Positions 38,703 to 52,977 are shown, counted from the stretch's first letter. The stretch is DNA of 64,000 nucleotides from Amoebidium appalachense (GCA_963693365.1 CAVNZM010000008.1:1984001-2048000); one strand, 5' to 3'. Numbers and translations: made by a program. The notes: generated by a model from the sequence alone, not told the origin.

Positions 38703-39240
38703 ACAACCTTCAGTTGACTCGATCGAAGTTAAAAAAAAAAAAAAAAAAAAAATAAGGCAGAAAATGAAACAGCAAAAAAAGAGAAACTAAGGAACATTAA
38801 GTTTTCACAGAGCAGGCGTTCATCGCTTGACGTTTAGACAAAGGACATACGCTTGCACTTGACAATTCCGTAACTGGATGTTGGCTGAAAATGAGGCGAT
38901 GCCAGAGTGGAAAATTGTGAGTGTTCTAAACAAGCACGAAGTCGTGCAAGAGGAGGCAGGTGCACACCTTGAAACAGGAATGCAGTGGTGGAAGTTAACA
39001 TTAGAAGGCAGATATAAAGCGCAGGCGCGCAGCAATAGCGGGCCATGGCCGTAGAAACTGTGGCAGGAAAAGAATGGGGTGTGTTCTGTCGTTTTCAGAG
39101 TGGAGCACTTTATTGTTGGAGATCATGCCACCATGTAAGGAACAAAGTCTTTCCCTATATGAATAGGGAGAAATCCCTTTCTTTCCCTTTCCTGCGTTGT
39201 GGGAGCTATTCTTTTTTTTTTTTTTTTTTTGTGTGTGTGT

Positions 39241-39283
<43 letters not shown>

Positions 39284-41709
39284 GGGGAGGGGAGGGGGGG
39301 GGGGGGGGGGGGGAGGGAGCGGGGGGGGGGGGGGGGGGTTCGGACTTCTACACCTTACAAGCAGAAAAGTACCAACTAATGTACGTTGTGTGTGCGTGCG
39401 TTTGGGTGGGGGAAAAGAAAGGGGGGGGGGGGGATGGGGCGGCAGGGAGGAGGGATGGGGGGTGGGGGGTGGGGGGGGGGGTGGAAGAGGAGGGGCAGTA
39501 GGAAATATCAAGAAACCGTGTTAAGGCTTGTCGGCAGTGTCCACGCAATAAAAATTGTGTAAACCCCCCTTGTAAAGAGGCATGCAAGGTTGGTGGGGTG
39601 TTGGGTGCTTTGGTGGAAGCTGGTCGGCAGCCCTTTCACAGCACAGTCGACTGTTCAGCTCTTTGGGGGTCTGTAGGAAAAGTGTGTGTTAGAGTATGTT
39701 TCCTTATGCATGAGCGTCGAGCAATGGGAACACCAAAGGAGTAGAGACACGTTATGAGGGACAAAGAACATGAGGTGGGCATGGGTTCCCACGGCCGCGT
39801 GCAAACAAGCGCTCGAAGGCTGGCCCTGCTGCAGTCAGAGGAAGGAAACAGCTGACAGAAAAAGTGCTCAGCGAGAAAATAGAAAAAACCATGAAAAAAG
39901 GAAAAGGCACGAAGCGACACACGGGGGGTGGGCATGGCTTCCCACGGCCGAGGGATCAGCAAGCTGCCGTTATCAGGCTTTGCGTCGCCGGAAGAAAAGA
40001 AAGGGATTGAAACGAGCACGCCGAGAAAAGGAATGTGGGCGAAATAGATGGGGGAGGGAAGACGTTGAAGCGTGTCTAACACGCTACAGTAGGCTAATGT
40101 TTTGTAAGGATGTGTTGCGCTATCAACTGGGAATGCAAGAAGAGGAAGCAAAACCACACACATCTGTTTATAGCTCGGAAGTTGTTTATGCAGCCCGTTC
40201 CCACGTTTATGTTGTGTATTATTTCAATGCTTTACATCCGGTGTTTGTATCTGAGACACCAGACTTGGGCCTAGTATGCTTTAGGTGCGTTTTGGGTGTG
40301 TTTACGAAATCTTCGTGGTAGGGAACTTTACTCCGTTTATTTTTTTTTTCTTGCGACAATTGAAGCATGATGCGGTGTGGACATGGTACCCAGAATCTCA
40401 AATGGCTCCCCTGAGTGTCTCCCCAGATCTTCTAAAAAAGTGTGTAAACCCCCTACAATAGCCTGTGTGCCCGCTCAGTGAGACGAAAATTTTCCAAGTC
40501 TTTTAATGCATTCAAAAGTCACGTCTGTCATCTTGGCCCAATGTTTGGCGCCAAAACCTCCCAGAACGAACCCTACGGACCACTTTGGATCTTCTATTCA
40601 AAAATCGATCAATTTTTTGCTTCGCTCCAACACCCGAGGTTGGCCGCCATAGGGCCGTCGTTTGTCGGGCTGCCTAGCAACGGCTCCAGCTGCCCGACCG
40701 TAGAAGCTACTTCGGGCCTAAACAAAACCCTTTACGTAACAATATTTGCTTTTTCCTTAAAATGCTACACAGATGCTTTTCATTATAAATGATAATTTCT
40801 GCACGTTGCCTTCATCAACGGATCAATAAAACCGAGTCAAAAGAAAAATAATTTCTATCGTCTTAGTTATTTTGGGGTTTGCAGGCTTATTGCGTTGGGC
40901 GTTTTTCTTTTGCCATTCGTGATCATGAGGGCATCACACACGCACCGTAGTTAAACATGTACACAAGTACTACGGGTGTTGAACATTTACTGCCTGCATG
41001 GTGCGTTTCTGCCAAATACACTCTCTGGGGGTAGAGTAGACATGGCGTGTGAACATTATACACACGTACGGCGTGATCATTCAGTCCACCTTTTTGTGGA
41101 ATGCCATGTCAGCCATACACATACAGACAACGGGAAGGCGTTCGGTCGAAAACACATCATGACTGTTTTCCACACTGCCCAACGCAACCAGCAGACTCTG
41201 ACAGACACCCTGTTGTTCTTTCTATAATAAATTACTTGTTGCATATATCGTCTCGTCAAATATCCCTTGCATCCAAAGGTCACTTGAGTGCAAAGTGTTC
41301 TGTTGCACAGTGCAGTGTGCAGAGGTAGCACTAGTATCGGTACGAGCCCACTATGTACTGCCACTAACATGAAACAAGTCGAATTAGATGCTTGTTACTT
41401 AACTGTGTTGTTTTTCTTTCTCTTGCTCACGGATAAAAGAAGTGCAAACCCGGCAGCTCTCTTTCTATTCTAAGTCTTTGTACATCTACCCGTCTGCTCT
41501 CTCCCTACACAAGATCTGTGCAGAAGCTGCTAATTATATCTAACGTTACGTTGTCTTGGGCTAGTACTAACCGAGACCGTGCGTGTTTGCAAACCGCCAC
41601 TGCACCAAAAGAGGCCGGTTAATATACTGTGCCAGTGTGTCGTTTGTTACACAGGGTAAGTGTGTGTGTGTATTGCGCATGTGTGTGTACTGTGTGTGAC
41701 TGATCAAGA

Positions 41710-41774
<65 letters not shown>

Positions 41775-41782
41775 GGAGAGGG

Positions 41783-41861
<79 letters not shown>

Positions 41862-42077
41862 GCAGTGTGTGTGTTTGTGTGTGTGAGTGATTGTGTCACG
41901 TTTGCGTGTGTATTTGTGCACGTACACTTAGGCGTCTGTATATGCTTGTGTGCGTGTGTGTGTGTGCCCTTGCGTGCACGTGTGTGTATGCACACGTCTG
42001 TGTGTATTCTTTGTGTGTGTGTATATGTGTGTCAAGCGTGTGTGTGTGTGTGTGTGTGTGTTGTGTGTGTGTGTGTG

Positions 42078-42143
<66 letters not shown>

Positions 42144-42214
42144 TGTGTGTTGCAATCCGGTGGGTGGGTATTTGTTAGAGTATGTGTCGTGTGTTTGTCT
42201 GTGTGTGTGTCTGT

Positions 42215-42275
<61 letters not shown>

Positions 42276-42344
42276 TGTGTGTTTCAATCCCGTGGATGGG
42301 TGTTTGTTAGAGTATGTGTCACGTGTTTGTCTGTATGTGACACT

Positions 42345-42420
<76 letters not shown>

Positions 42421-42691
42421 ACACGCACACGCGTTCAGGTGTGAGTGTATGTCGACGTCAGTGAAGGTGTATGTTGTTATGCTCTCACGGTCCTCTTCCT
42501 CCCCTAAGGCTTCCCTCCCAGGACCCTTCCCCCCCCCTCCTCCCCCCCCCTTCTTTCCCTCCCTCGCCAGGGGCACCTTGTTGCCCCGCCTCTCTTGTAG
42601 GTGCCTAGGGAGGGAGGTGGTGGTGGTGCTGGTGGTGGTGGTGGGGGGAGGGAGGAAGGGGGAGGAAGGAAGGCATAAGGAACTTCGGACA

Positions 42692-42722
<31 letters not shown>

Positions 42723-42885
42723 CTGGCGGGCAAAAGTGGGGTTTGGGTGGGGCGGCTGGGGAAGGTGGGGTCGATATGGAGAAGGTAACAGTTCTGTGTA
42801 AGAAGTGTTGAAGTGAGCGAGGTCAAGCTGCCTTGTTTACATGTAGTTATTTGTGTGTTTGTTTGTGTGTGTGTGTGTGTGTCAC

Positions 42886-42945
<60 letters not shown>

Positions 42946-42965
42946 CGTGCCTGTGACGACACAGT

Positions 42966-43031
<66 letters not shown>

Positions 43032-43036
43032 CTCTC

Positions 43037-43085
<49 letters not shown>

Positions 43086-45189
43086 GTGTGTGTGTGTGTC
43101 TGTGTGTGTGTGTGTGTGTACGACATGTGTGTGTACGTGTGTGCGTGTGTGCGTGTGTGTGTTTGTGTGTATTTTTGTTTGTATGTGTGTGTGTGTTTCT
43201 TACGGCCCGGTGTTCTTGCCTAAGTTAGTTGTGTAGAGGGGGGGCTAGTACGGGCGGGCCTTCCCATGCAGTCAGGGGCGTGCAGGTGGGTGGTCATGGG
43301 CAGTGTATAGGTTGAGCAAGATGGGGGTGGGACAAACTTGAGCCTATGCCTGAACAACCAAGTCATGTTTATTTGGCTTCTTCTGAGTGGTAGCACCAAA
43401 ACCCCACTGCTTGCACCTTCTAGAACGGGCGTACAGTGGGACAAGCTCCGGTAGCAGGTTTGAGGTGTAGTGGCTTGTTGTCGATGACACAAAAAAAGTT
43501 GCAGTGACCGGGTTAAAGTGGTCTCTGCATAACCTTTGGCTCTTGTAGGTTCTTTTTTCACTCTACTGGGCCACGTCACGGCGTCTTCTAACCATAGTGG
43601 GTGGCAGCAACTCCCTGAACCACACACCATATCACCACGTCCACAGATCTAGACTGCAGCTCTACTGATGAGCAAGCATGTGCGTGTGGGGCTTTTGATT
43701 GTTTAGCTAATATTTTAAACTGTTGTTATTTGTGTCATATACAATTACTCACTACTCTAAAAGTGAGCTTATTCTAGCTTAAAGTAGGTTGGATAGAGTC
43801 GCTTCAGTTCTTGTAGGTGTTGTAAGTTTCGCACGGAAAACCATGGCGCGGCTGCGCAGTCTGCGCACGGAGCCGCATTCCACAGATCGGCCTATTATAG
43901 ATCCAAACTCCCCTACCTCCCGGTCCTACCACCTACTGAGGCGGTGTCTCCTTTCTTTCTTTTTTTTTTTTTTTTTTTTTACTTAAAAGGGACTAGATGT
44001 TAAACGTCGCACGTGCGGCAACACGTCAGTACGTGTTAGCTCCCGGTCACACCAAACACCACAACTGCGCAAGCTGCAGCACAACCACCTTCTGACCTTT
44101 GAGTTTACGTTCGTCCGTCCCCTCGGCAAGGTGGCCTCCTATAGGTGCGCCAGTAAAAGAAAAGAAAGAAAAAAAATACAATAGTACCTTTTTGCGCTAT
44201 GTACCACCTCCGTGCCGCACAGGAAACCTTAGTGGTTATGCGATAAGCTCTCGCACCTCATCAGGGGGGCCAAGCTGCACTAGGCCAGGCCACTATGACC
44301 ATACGCTTCTCAAGTACCTGCACAAAGGCGTTTTAGCACCTTTACCTATGATATTTTCCCTTTGTAACGTCACATGCATCCACATCATCACGCGCTTAAT
44401 CACTCAAGAGTTCCAGTCCAGGTAAGCCACGTGACTTAACTGTTAACGTGAAGAGGGGTGGGTGGTTTGAGAGGAAGTGGGCGATATTTGGGCAGCGCGG
44501 GTTGTGTTTATTTGTTTGGAGAAAGCAACCCCTTTATTAGAGTGGGTGATGTCAGTAAATATGATGCACATGAACTTGTGTCCCCCCTCTCCCTCCCTCC
44601 CCCCCCCCCCCCCCCCTGCCCCCCCCTTGCCCCCACCCCCCCTAAAAAAAAGCTAAAAACCACACACACCAGTCCTCCTGTATTCAACCATGCCGCAGCC
44701 CCTTTACCCAACCCACCCACCCAACCAGATTAGGCTTCTCTTCTTCCCCTACACACGCACACCACCCCTACTCCCCACCCCTTCTCCTTCCATCCCTTCT
44801 TCTTGCTTCTAAACTTCTTTTTTCTTTGCTTCTATGCTGGCCTTCCTTTTCCTCCCATCCTCTATGCATTTCCGCTTCATCTTTACTTCGCTTCTTTGCC
44901 TCTTTTCTTCTCTGCTATCTTGCTTCATAGCCTCCCCCCCCCCCCCCCCCTTCTCCCCCCCCCTTCCCCCTCCCCCCCCCCCCTCCCCCGGTTCTTCCCC
45001 CCTCCTTCCCCCCCTCCCCCTCCTCCTCTGCCTCCCCCGCCCCCCCTCCCCCCCCCCCTCCGGTTCTTCCCCCCTCCTTCCCCCCTCCCCCTCCTCCTCT
45101 GCCTCCCCCCCCCCCCCTCCCCCCCCCCCCCCTCACACACACACACACACATACTGCCTCTCTCCCCACCCCCCCCCCCCCCCTCCCCC

Positions 45190-45229
<40 letters not shown>

Positions 45230-45585
45230 CCTCTCTTTGCCTCTCTCCATGATATTACCGTCGTCTTCCGTCTCCCCCCCCCCCCCCCCCCCCCCCCCTT
45301 TGACGGGCTCGGTTAAGAACGAAAGGTCACTGTTTCGATAAGTAGAAGCAACATTTTGTATACTTTTGTTTCATACTTTGGGATTAGAGGTACCTGCTCT
45401 TCCTTCTGTAGTGTTTTCAGCTCGTAGATTATTCATGAACACAGCATCATACCGATGATGTTTGCCGCTAACCACTGCAACGCACACGCTAGTGCTACTC
45501 AAAAGCAGATAATAATAAAGAACTACTCCACAGTGGGTACACTGAACCCCGTTGTAGCTGAGAGAAACAAACAGAAGGATCCATA

Positions 45586-45642
<57 letters not shown>

Positions 45643-45825
45643 GTGTGCGTGTGTGTGCACCGATGTGTGTTTGTACGTCTGCACCTGCGCACGTTTGTGC
45701 GTGTGGTGGCAGTGATATTCTTGTGTGTGCACTTGTGGTATTGGGGCCCGGGCGGGAAGGGGGCCATGGAGAGGGGGAGCCTCCCGGGTACTACGGCGGG
45801 TAGGGGTAGGTTTTTTTTTTTGTTT

Positions 45826-45872
<47 letters not shown>

Positions 45873-46517
45873 CGGGCGGGCACTGGAGATGTGAACTTTG
45901 CAGAGTCGATTTCAAATAAATAATTTATAAACCAAGTGCGCACCTGGCACTCTCCGATACGAAAAATCGAAACTAGAACTAACATTAGCACGTAAATTAT
46001 TTACATGTTTACATTTTGGCAAATTTGCACACCACATACGAGTAACTTTACTGATTACATCTTTCTTAAGTAGTTCCCATTGGAACGTGCAGACTTTGCG
46101 GTCTTAGCGTCCCCAGCATACACATCGTGCAGGTCACCAAGCAGTTCAGAAATGAGGGGAACGTGGATGCTGTAAGGGGGTTGTGAGGTGGGTGGGGGAG
46201 AAGGGCAGAGAGGCAACAAAGAAAAGATTCACTGCTCATTTAACCATTATGTTGGACGTGCAAGAATGGGTGGGTGGGTGGGTGGGTGGGTGGGTGGGTT
46301 GGGGGTGGGGGGGGGGGGGGAAGACAAAGGGTAAGAGTGAGACAGGGGGAAGGGGACAGGGAGGGGGGGGGGGGGGGGGGGGTATTTTTCTTTCTTCTTT
46401 TCTTTCTTTTCTTTTGGTGGTGGTGGTGGTGGTGTGTGTGTGGGGGGAGGGGGTGAGGGGGGGTAACAGCAAATACTTCAGGGGGCCGAACTTATGAAAC
46501 GGGGGGGAAGGGGGGAA

Positions 46518-46553
<36 letters not shown>

Positions 46554-46624
46554 GAGAGAGAGAGGGAAGGGGAGAGGTTGGGGGGGAGGGGAGAGGGGCG
46601 CGGGTGGGGGTGGGGGTGGGTGGT

Positions 46625-46656
<32 letters not shown>

Positions 46657-46989
46657 GCCCAGAGGACCGTTGATGCCAAAGGATAGAGGGAGGTAGAACA
46701 TTTCAGTGGAAATTGAGGGGATGGGGAGAAGGGGGGGGGGGGGGGGGGGGAGGGGTGTGGATTGGGAAGCGCATGCAAGGAATAAACGAGAAGAGCAGGG
46801 AGAGGACGCAGCTAGTAGATAAAAGGGGAGAGGGCAGAGAGGTTGAGGTTTAGCGTGTGTGTTAGAAATAAATGGGCCGGGGGAGGGGAGGGGGGGATCC
46901 TATGATACCACACAACAATGAAGCTGGCAAGGCGAATCAGAATCTGATAATACCTATAGCCAGGGGAGAAGGGGGAGGGGAACCCGGGG

Positions 46990-47029
<40 letters not shown>

Positions 47030-47126
47030 CGTAGAAACGGATGTACAGGTAAATTCAGAACAGGGAAATAGGGTAAGCCGTATTGCAGGGGACAAATACA
47101 ACACATTCACAGGAGTACAGGGAGAG

Positions 47127-47178
<52 letters not shown>

Positions 47179-47971
47179 GCAAGCAGAAAACGAAGGAAAC
47201 AATGTGCAAAACCGAGAGAAGGAAAGGCGGAAAGAGGCAAAGAAGGAGAGTTAAGAGAAGCAAGGAAGCAAAAGCAGAGAGAAGCAACCCTCCCCCACCC
47301 CCACCCCCACCCCCACACACACCTTCCCGACACAATCGAATGAACCGGTGGGGAGAATGAAGGGGAGGGGGGGGGGGGGGGGGGGGGGAGGGGGGGGGGG
47401 GGGAGGGGGGGGGGGAGATGTAAGCACTTAGGGGTGGGAGAGGGGAAGGTATGTGTTAGTGGGTAGCAACCAAGGCAACAAAGATTCGCAAGCAAAAAGG
47501 GGGGGGTAAACGTTCACAGGGCCAAAACAAAATGACTAGGCAAAGATACTTGAAAGAGCCCCTCAACAGAGAGCTTCCTCTGCCTCTACAATGGATGGGT
47601 TTCGAATCTTTAACACGGGGAGAAGGGGGGTTGGGGGGGGGGGGGGGGGATGAGTGCAGAAAAAAGAACACGGACCAGGGAGATGGGGGAGAGGTGTTTT
47701 AGAGAGCGGAAGGCAGGGGGTGCATGGATCTCTATAGGTGTGTGCTTATGCTTCAAGTTGCTCGTGTGTGGACTAGATAAGGCAAGGCATAGCACTTACG
47801 GCAGCGAACCTACAAGGAGGAAATAGGTAGGAGGGAATACACACCTGCTTCTGTGTTAGTTCAGCATCGTCCAGTGATTCTGCGTGCTCTGAAAATTTGA
47901 GCGACCTGCTTGCATGAATCGTAGATGATAGTGCTATTTTATCACGTTGTTGGAAAACCACATTGGCCGAG

Positions 47972-48352
47972 TTAGACTTCTGCCAGTGTGACTGGCACGA
48001 CTTTCGTCCACAAGGATAGAGCTGTACATACTGATGTCTTACGCGGTTGAGAGAGTTGTAAAATGGCTGCGTGTGTAACTTGTAAACAGCGCCAGAATTC
48101 CGACGGGTAGTCGTAAAGTAACTCAAAAACATGATCTTTCGGCGACACAAAGACAACGGGCACACGCCTATAATATTTCCCGTTCTTTGGCTTTGCTGCT
48201 ATTACGTCAAGGAGGAGACGTGGGATACCTGGCGTTGGTTTATAAGTTGACTCCATTTGAAAAGCTAAGCGTGGCGCGTGACCATAAAGTGTGGGTGGAG
48301 AGAAGACTGTGGGCGGCAACGGTTGCAAGTACATAGCAGTGTCAAACAGCAA
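47972..48352 (-). pseudogene. Possible degenerate Mutator/MULE transposase fragment
   Basis: LYGHAPRLAFQMESTYK...PRLLLDVIAA..NG...VPVVFV resembles by eye the MULE domain pattern (D-x-T-Y/F ... P-L ... NG..P-V-A). The first catalytic D would be E, and stop codons follow. Confidence 0.3.
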
Positions 48353-49016
48353 TTTCCAACCCCGGTCGGGCGCCCATCTTTAAACTCACCCTAAACTGTT
48401 TTAAACTTTTAAAACTCTGGGGAGCCATTTGAGGCTCTGGGTACCAACCGAAACCGAGATGTGATCTATTCATGCAAGTGTTTTTGCATTCCAAAGAGCA
48501 CTTGGGGGATGCCAATTGGTTCATCTTACAAGCCGCCGCATGATTAATTGGTCCTTTTTGATATCAGATTCAGTTTAGATCAGACAAAAGTGAAGTGTAT
48601 ATTTCTGTTAGGTATAAATAGTTATACTTTGGTTTATAATGTTGTGTGTGTGTGTTTGCGTGTGTGTGTGTGTGCGTGTGTGTGTGTGTGCGTGTGTACA
48701 CATGTGTGTGTGTGCGTGTGTGGGTACGTGTGTGTGTGTGCGTGTGTGTGGGGGGGGGGGGGGGGGGGGGGGGGGGGAGGTGGACATGTGCGCGTGTATG
48801 TGCGTGTGTGCGTGATATTAAAGGTAGCTGCTGGTGATGGTGGTGGTGGTGGCCGGATGGTGGTGGTGTGCATGCAACCTATCATTATAAGCTAATTAAT
48901 TAAGTGTGGGATAACTGCATTCCTGCAGGTCTGCAGTGTGTGCCTGGGTGTTTGCGTCACGGTGTGTGCTTTTTTGTGTACGCGTGTTTGTCTGTGTATG
49001 TCGACGTGTGACACTG

Positions 49017-49087
<71 letters not shown>

Positions 49088-49314
49088 TTTTGTGTGCGTG
49101 TGTGTGTGTGTGTGTGTGACACTGCGTGCATGCGTGAGTGCGTGAGTGTGTGTGTGTGTGTGTGTGTGTGCGTGTGTTTGTGTGTGTGTTTGTGTGCGTG
49201 CGTGTGTGCGTGTGCGTGTTTGCGTGTGCCACGTGCGTGTGTGTGTGTGTGCGTGTGTAATCACGAGTGTGTGTGTGTGTGCGCGCGTGTGTCAAAGTGT
49301 GTGTGTGCGGTTTA

Positions 49315-49390
<76 letters not shown>

Positions 49391-49653
49391 GTATGTGTTA
49401 GTGTGAGTGTGTGCGTTTGTGTGTGTGCAGTGGTGGTGGTGGTGGCGGTGGTGGTGGTGGCGTTGCGTAAGAGGTACATGCATATGTAGGTTTAGATGCA
49501 TTTTAAAACTCTTCCGAGACGACCACCAACCATATGCATCATAGACAAAAAAACAAGCCCCCTCCTCAAATCCCAGGAAAAAGGCATGTTCCTTCTTCCG
49601 ATATATATATATATATCAATGATGCTGCTTAAAACTCCACATTTTGACTTTTA

Positions 49654-50728
49654 GGGCCTGTTTGGTAGCGCGCTAAATACGGTTTTTTATCGTATTCGTA
49701 TTTAGGGCCTAAATACGATCCCGTGGCATGCCAAACACGCCGGGGGCTTTTATTTTTTGTAAATACGATAGGGATCGCTTTTATATCGTATTTACGAAAA
49801 TCACCTCCGGAGGTGATTTTCGTAAATACGATATAGGAAATTAGCCAATCAGAGCATTTCGCATCATTTATTGGCTATCAGCAAGCCAATGGTCACAGCG
49901 CTCGTAAGCCGCGGCGGGCACATTTTTACTACAGTACGCCTGCCGGCGCATGCACGTGAATAATTCAATGTTAGGAGGTCGGTGTCATACACGTCATTTT
50001 GTGTACATTCTCAGTTAAAATTGGCACATGAATTTGGGCTGCACAGGTAAGACAGAGGACGAGGAACCCTACGCGGTGCATGATAACAAGCTCAGACTGT
50101 ATATATATGCCATAATAATCATTGAAACGATACTGGACTCCGATATATGCATTAATAAAAAGCAATCAAATGTACATGTACAAACTCGGTGACATGCAGG
50201 CACAACGAGTATTGCATAGGCAAGGACAAATTTTAACACTCATTATGTGTTCAGATATGTGGGGAATGCCAGGGACGAACGTTGGTGACGTAAAACGAGG
50301 TCTCTAGCAAGGCTTACACTAGCTACCGCAATAACTGGCAGTATCCCTTCAATAACAGACATTCTAACCTATTGTTAAACAGAGCAAGACTCACTGTCCG
50401 GCGGTGACTCGTTTTTGCCGTTCGTTACGTAACTCTTGACGTAACTCTTGAGCAACTATAACTATCACGTACGTAATACTGACTACAGCTGCACCAGTCT
50501 ATATGCATGGAATACCGAAGGATGATCAATGGGTGCGAATAGGGCCAATCAGATCTCGTGAACCATGTATCGACATTCAATGTGACCAGTCACGCCTGAC
50601 AGCGTTTGGAAGGCACCAACCGTATTTAGGCCCTAAATACGCATACCACGATAAATTTTGTAAATAAGGTAGATCGTATTTAGGGCCTAAATACGAATAC
50701 GATTATTGGGGTGCTGCCAAACAGGCCC
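49654..50728. mobile_element. Non-autonomous PIF/Harbinger (Tourist-like) DNA transposon
   Basis: TIR GGGCCTGTTTGG at both ends, extending to 18 bp with 2 mismatches. Flanking trinucleotides are TTA and TCA, close to the TWA TSD of this superfamily. Subterminal 32-bp inverted repeats (ATCGTATTCGTATTTAGGGCCTAAATACGATC). No transposase ORF. Confidence 0.75.
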
Positions 50729-50922
50729 TCAGATAGATCCACAACCACGTGGTGGTTGTTGTGGGCCTGTACACATATAACCCCCCAGCTTCCAGTGAAA
50801 CTAGTGTGTGCACATGTGGCTCGGTACAATTGTCCGCCATGCATGTATAGAAAACGGTTCAGTCTGTACGCCGTGGTACTCCGCCCCCACTACTGGTGCT
50901 GGTAACCCACCCCCCCCCCCCC

Positions 50923-50979
<57 letters not shown>

Positions 50980-51772
50980 AAAAAAAAAAGGAAAAGAAAA
51001 AAAAAGGGGGGGGTGGGGGGGGGGGGGGGGGGGGGGATATGGAGTAAATCGCGATATGATTTAGTTACAAAGGAGAAAACAAAAAAAAACTACTTCGATC
51101 CTTATCATATAACTTCAGATCCACAGGGCACACAGGCACTGTGATACACCCTCCTGAGTCACATATGCCACATAGCATATATATACGGACGTCGACCAGG
51201 TGGGCAGCCACAAAAACTGTTCGGCACATTGCGATTGAATTCTTTTCACTAAACTTGGTCTGGGCCGGAACGATGTCTTCGTTATGATATTTCCTCAGGC
51301 TGCATGCAACCAAGTGAATGTAATAAGTCTCAAGGAAAACCAGCGCTAGCAGCTGTATATATCTCCGAGTCTGGTCAATGAACGAACAACTTGGAATCAT
51401 GCGGCAATAGTTCAACGTGCCGGGCTTTATGTACAGAACACTACTAGCTTATAGCATGTATGAGTACTAGTACTGCCCCCCTTCAATACGTTTTGCTTTG
51501 TAAGGCTCTAGAGATCTACATATGTATTAGAACTCCATCACTCCATTTTCCACAAACTGTACTGTGCAGCCACTGAGGGGGAATAGGAAATAGTCTCAGT
51601 GAAGGTCGGAGTACTATATGTACTAAGATGATATCCAAGTCCTAGGGCGGTATGGTTGAACTTTATAATTCACGGTAGTACAAAAACCGTAAACTTTGGC
51701 GAAAGGAAACAAAAACGAATAAAAATACCCTCTCCTCTACTTGGAAATTCAGAACCACGCTTCATATTTTTC

Positions 51773-52744
51773 CTACTTGAGCAACTCCACACTGTTCCCT
51801 ACAAACGAGGGCATGACAACCACCCGGTACTGCTGGCCCGTAGGAATGGTGAATGCCGTGCCACGATCATTTCCATTAACTGTAAACGACACCTGCCCGT
51901 CACTGTGTAGACGAATGCCAACCGTGGCTCCATTTGGCACTTTACCGCTGCCGATGTGCCTGTTATCCGAAAGCCCGTTTTGACCGTGAAGTGCTCCGTA
52001 GTTCGTGCCCATGTACCAGCCACACGTCTGGAATGGGGCAGTCCCACTTGCAGCCGCAGCAACTATTTCCTGCGAGGGAGCCAACCCAATCATCGTGCTG
52101 TTCCCAGCGCCATGGGTGTACTTCATACGAACTTCTGAGTAGCCACTGTCGGGCCATGCCATCTCAGGACCCACCACCGTGCAATTCCAGCCATTACCGA
52201 TGGTTTTGGTTGCTGTGCGACCGCAGTCGGAGAGGGTGACACGGGGTGTGATGTTGGCCGTAATGAATCTGAGCTCTCCTTTGATGTCAACGTGCTTTGC
52301 TGCTTCCATCAGCCCGTCCAAACCATAAAACTCTGCATCCTTTCTCAAAAGGGCTTTTTCTTTTTTTGTGAGAAATTTTATGTTCAACTCCTGGCCTCTC
52401 AGATGTTCTGCAACGTACTCGAAAACGGTGGGGCTTCTGTTGATGAAAAATGCGCCGAATTTGTCGATTTTTGCCTCCCACCGTCCCGAAAACATTGCGG
52501 CAAAATACGAGCCCGGCTTGCTGGTCAGGTCCTTGAGGGTGAGGGCAAAGTGCGTGCCCCCCACGTTAAGGATGATGGGGTCGGCCAGGTTGCTGGTGTT
52601 GAGCTTGGGCTCCATGCTGGCCCACTGTGTCTTTTCCTCCTCCAGTGCCCGTTTTTCTTCTGCAAATGCAGCCAAAAGCAATTCAAAAGTGGCTGTCGCA
52701 GTTTTTAGGTGGTTGTTGAGCGCCATGTTTCTTGTGTCGTGCAT
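51773..52744 (-). CDS. Coiled-coil + BTB/POZ (KCTD/T1-type) + SPRY-like protein, intronless CDS
   Basis: One uninterrupted ORF with normal composition; first ATG at 52744. BTB signature IILNVGGTHF...PGSYFAAMFSGRW...GAFFINRSPTVFEYVAEHLR...LRKDAEFYGL. C-terminal beta-rich region (TMIGLA, GWY, TVGIRL, VSFTVNG...G.AF) resembles SPRY/B30.2. Confidence 0.8.
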   Translation of the reverse strand: MHDTRNMALNNHLKTATATFELLLAAFAEEKRALEEEKTQWASMEPKLNTSNLADPIILNVGGTHFALTLKDLTSKPGSYFAAMFSGRWEAKIDKFGAFFINRSPTVFEYVAEHLRGQELNIKFLTKKEKALLRKDAEFYGLDGLMEAAKHVDIKGELRFITANITPRVTLSDCGRTATKTIGNGWNCTVVGPEMAWPDSGYSEVRMKYTHGAGNSTMIGLAPSQEIVAAAASGTAPFQTCGWYMGTNYGALHGQNGLSDNRHIGSGKVPNGATVGIRLHSDGQVSFTVNGNDRGTAFTIPTGQQYRVVVMPSFVGNSVELLK

Positions 52745-52885
52745 TTTTAGAGGGGCATCCAATCTACTGCACGTACAACGGTTGAATTAAAACTTTTACA
52801 ATTACCTCAAGAAAGACAAAGCTTAAGAGCTTTTTCGTAATAAGCTTTGAACTCCGCAGCCTAAAGTTCCGTGGCGATGGTACAC

Positions 52886-52977
52886 AAATGTTAAAGAGAT
52901 GCCACGGTGATATGACATGTACAGTAAAGACTAAATGTTAAAGAGATGCCACGGTGATATGACATACAGTAAAGACT
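52886..52977. repeat. Tandem duplication of about 47 bp upstream of the BTB-SPRY gene
   Basis: AAATGTTAAAGAGATGCCACGGTGATATGACAT(GT)ACAGTAAAGACT x2. Confidence 0.9.

Noticed and set aside
39014-39140. TATA-like box, ATG at 39045 and GTAAG donor suggesting a divergent plus-strand gene
   Set aside because: No recognisable peptide and no downstream exons could be joined.
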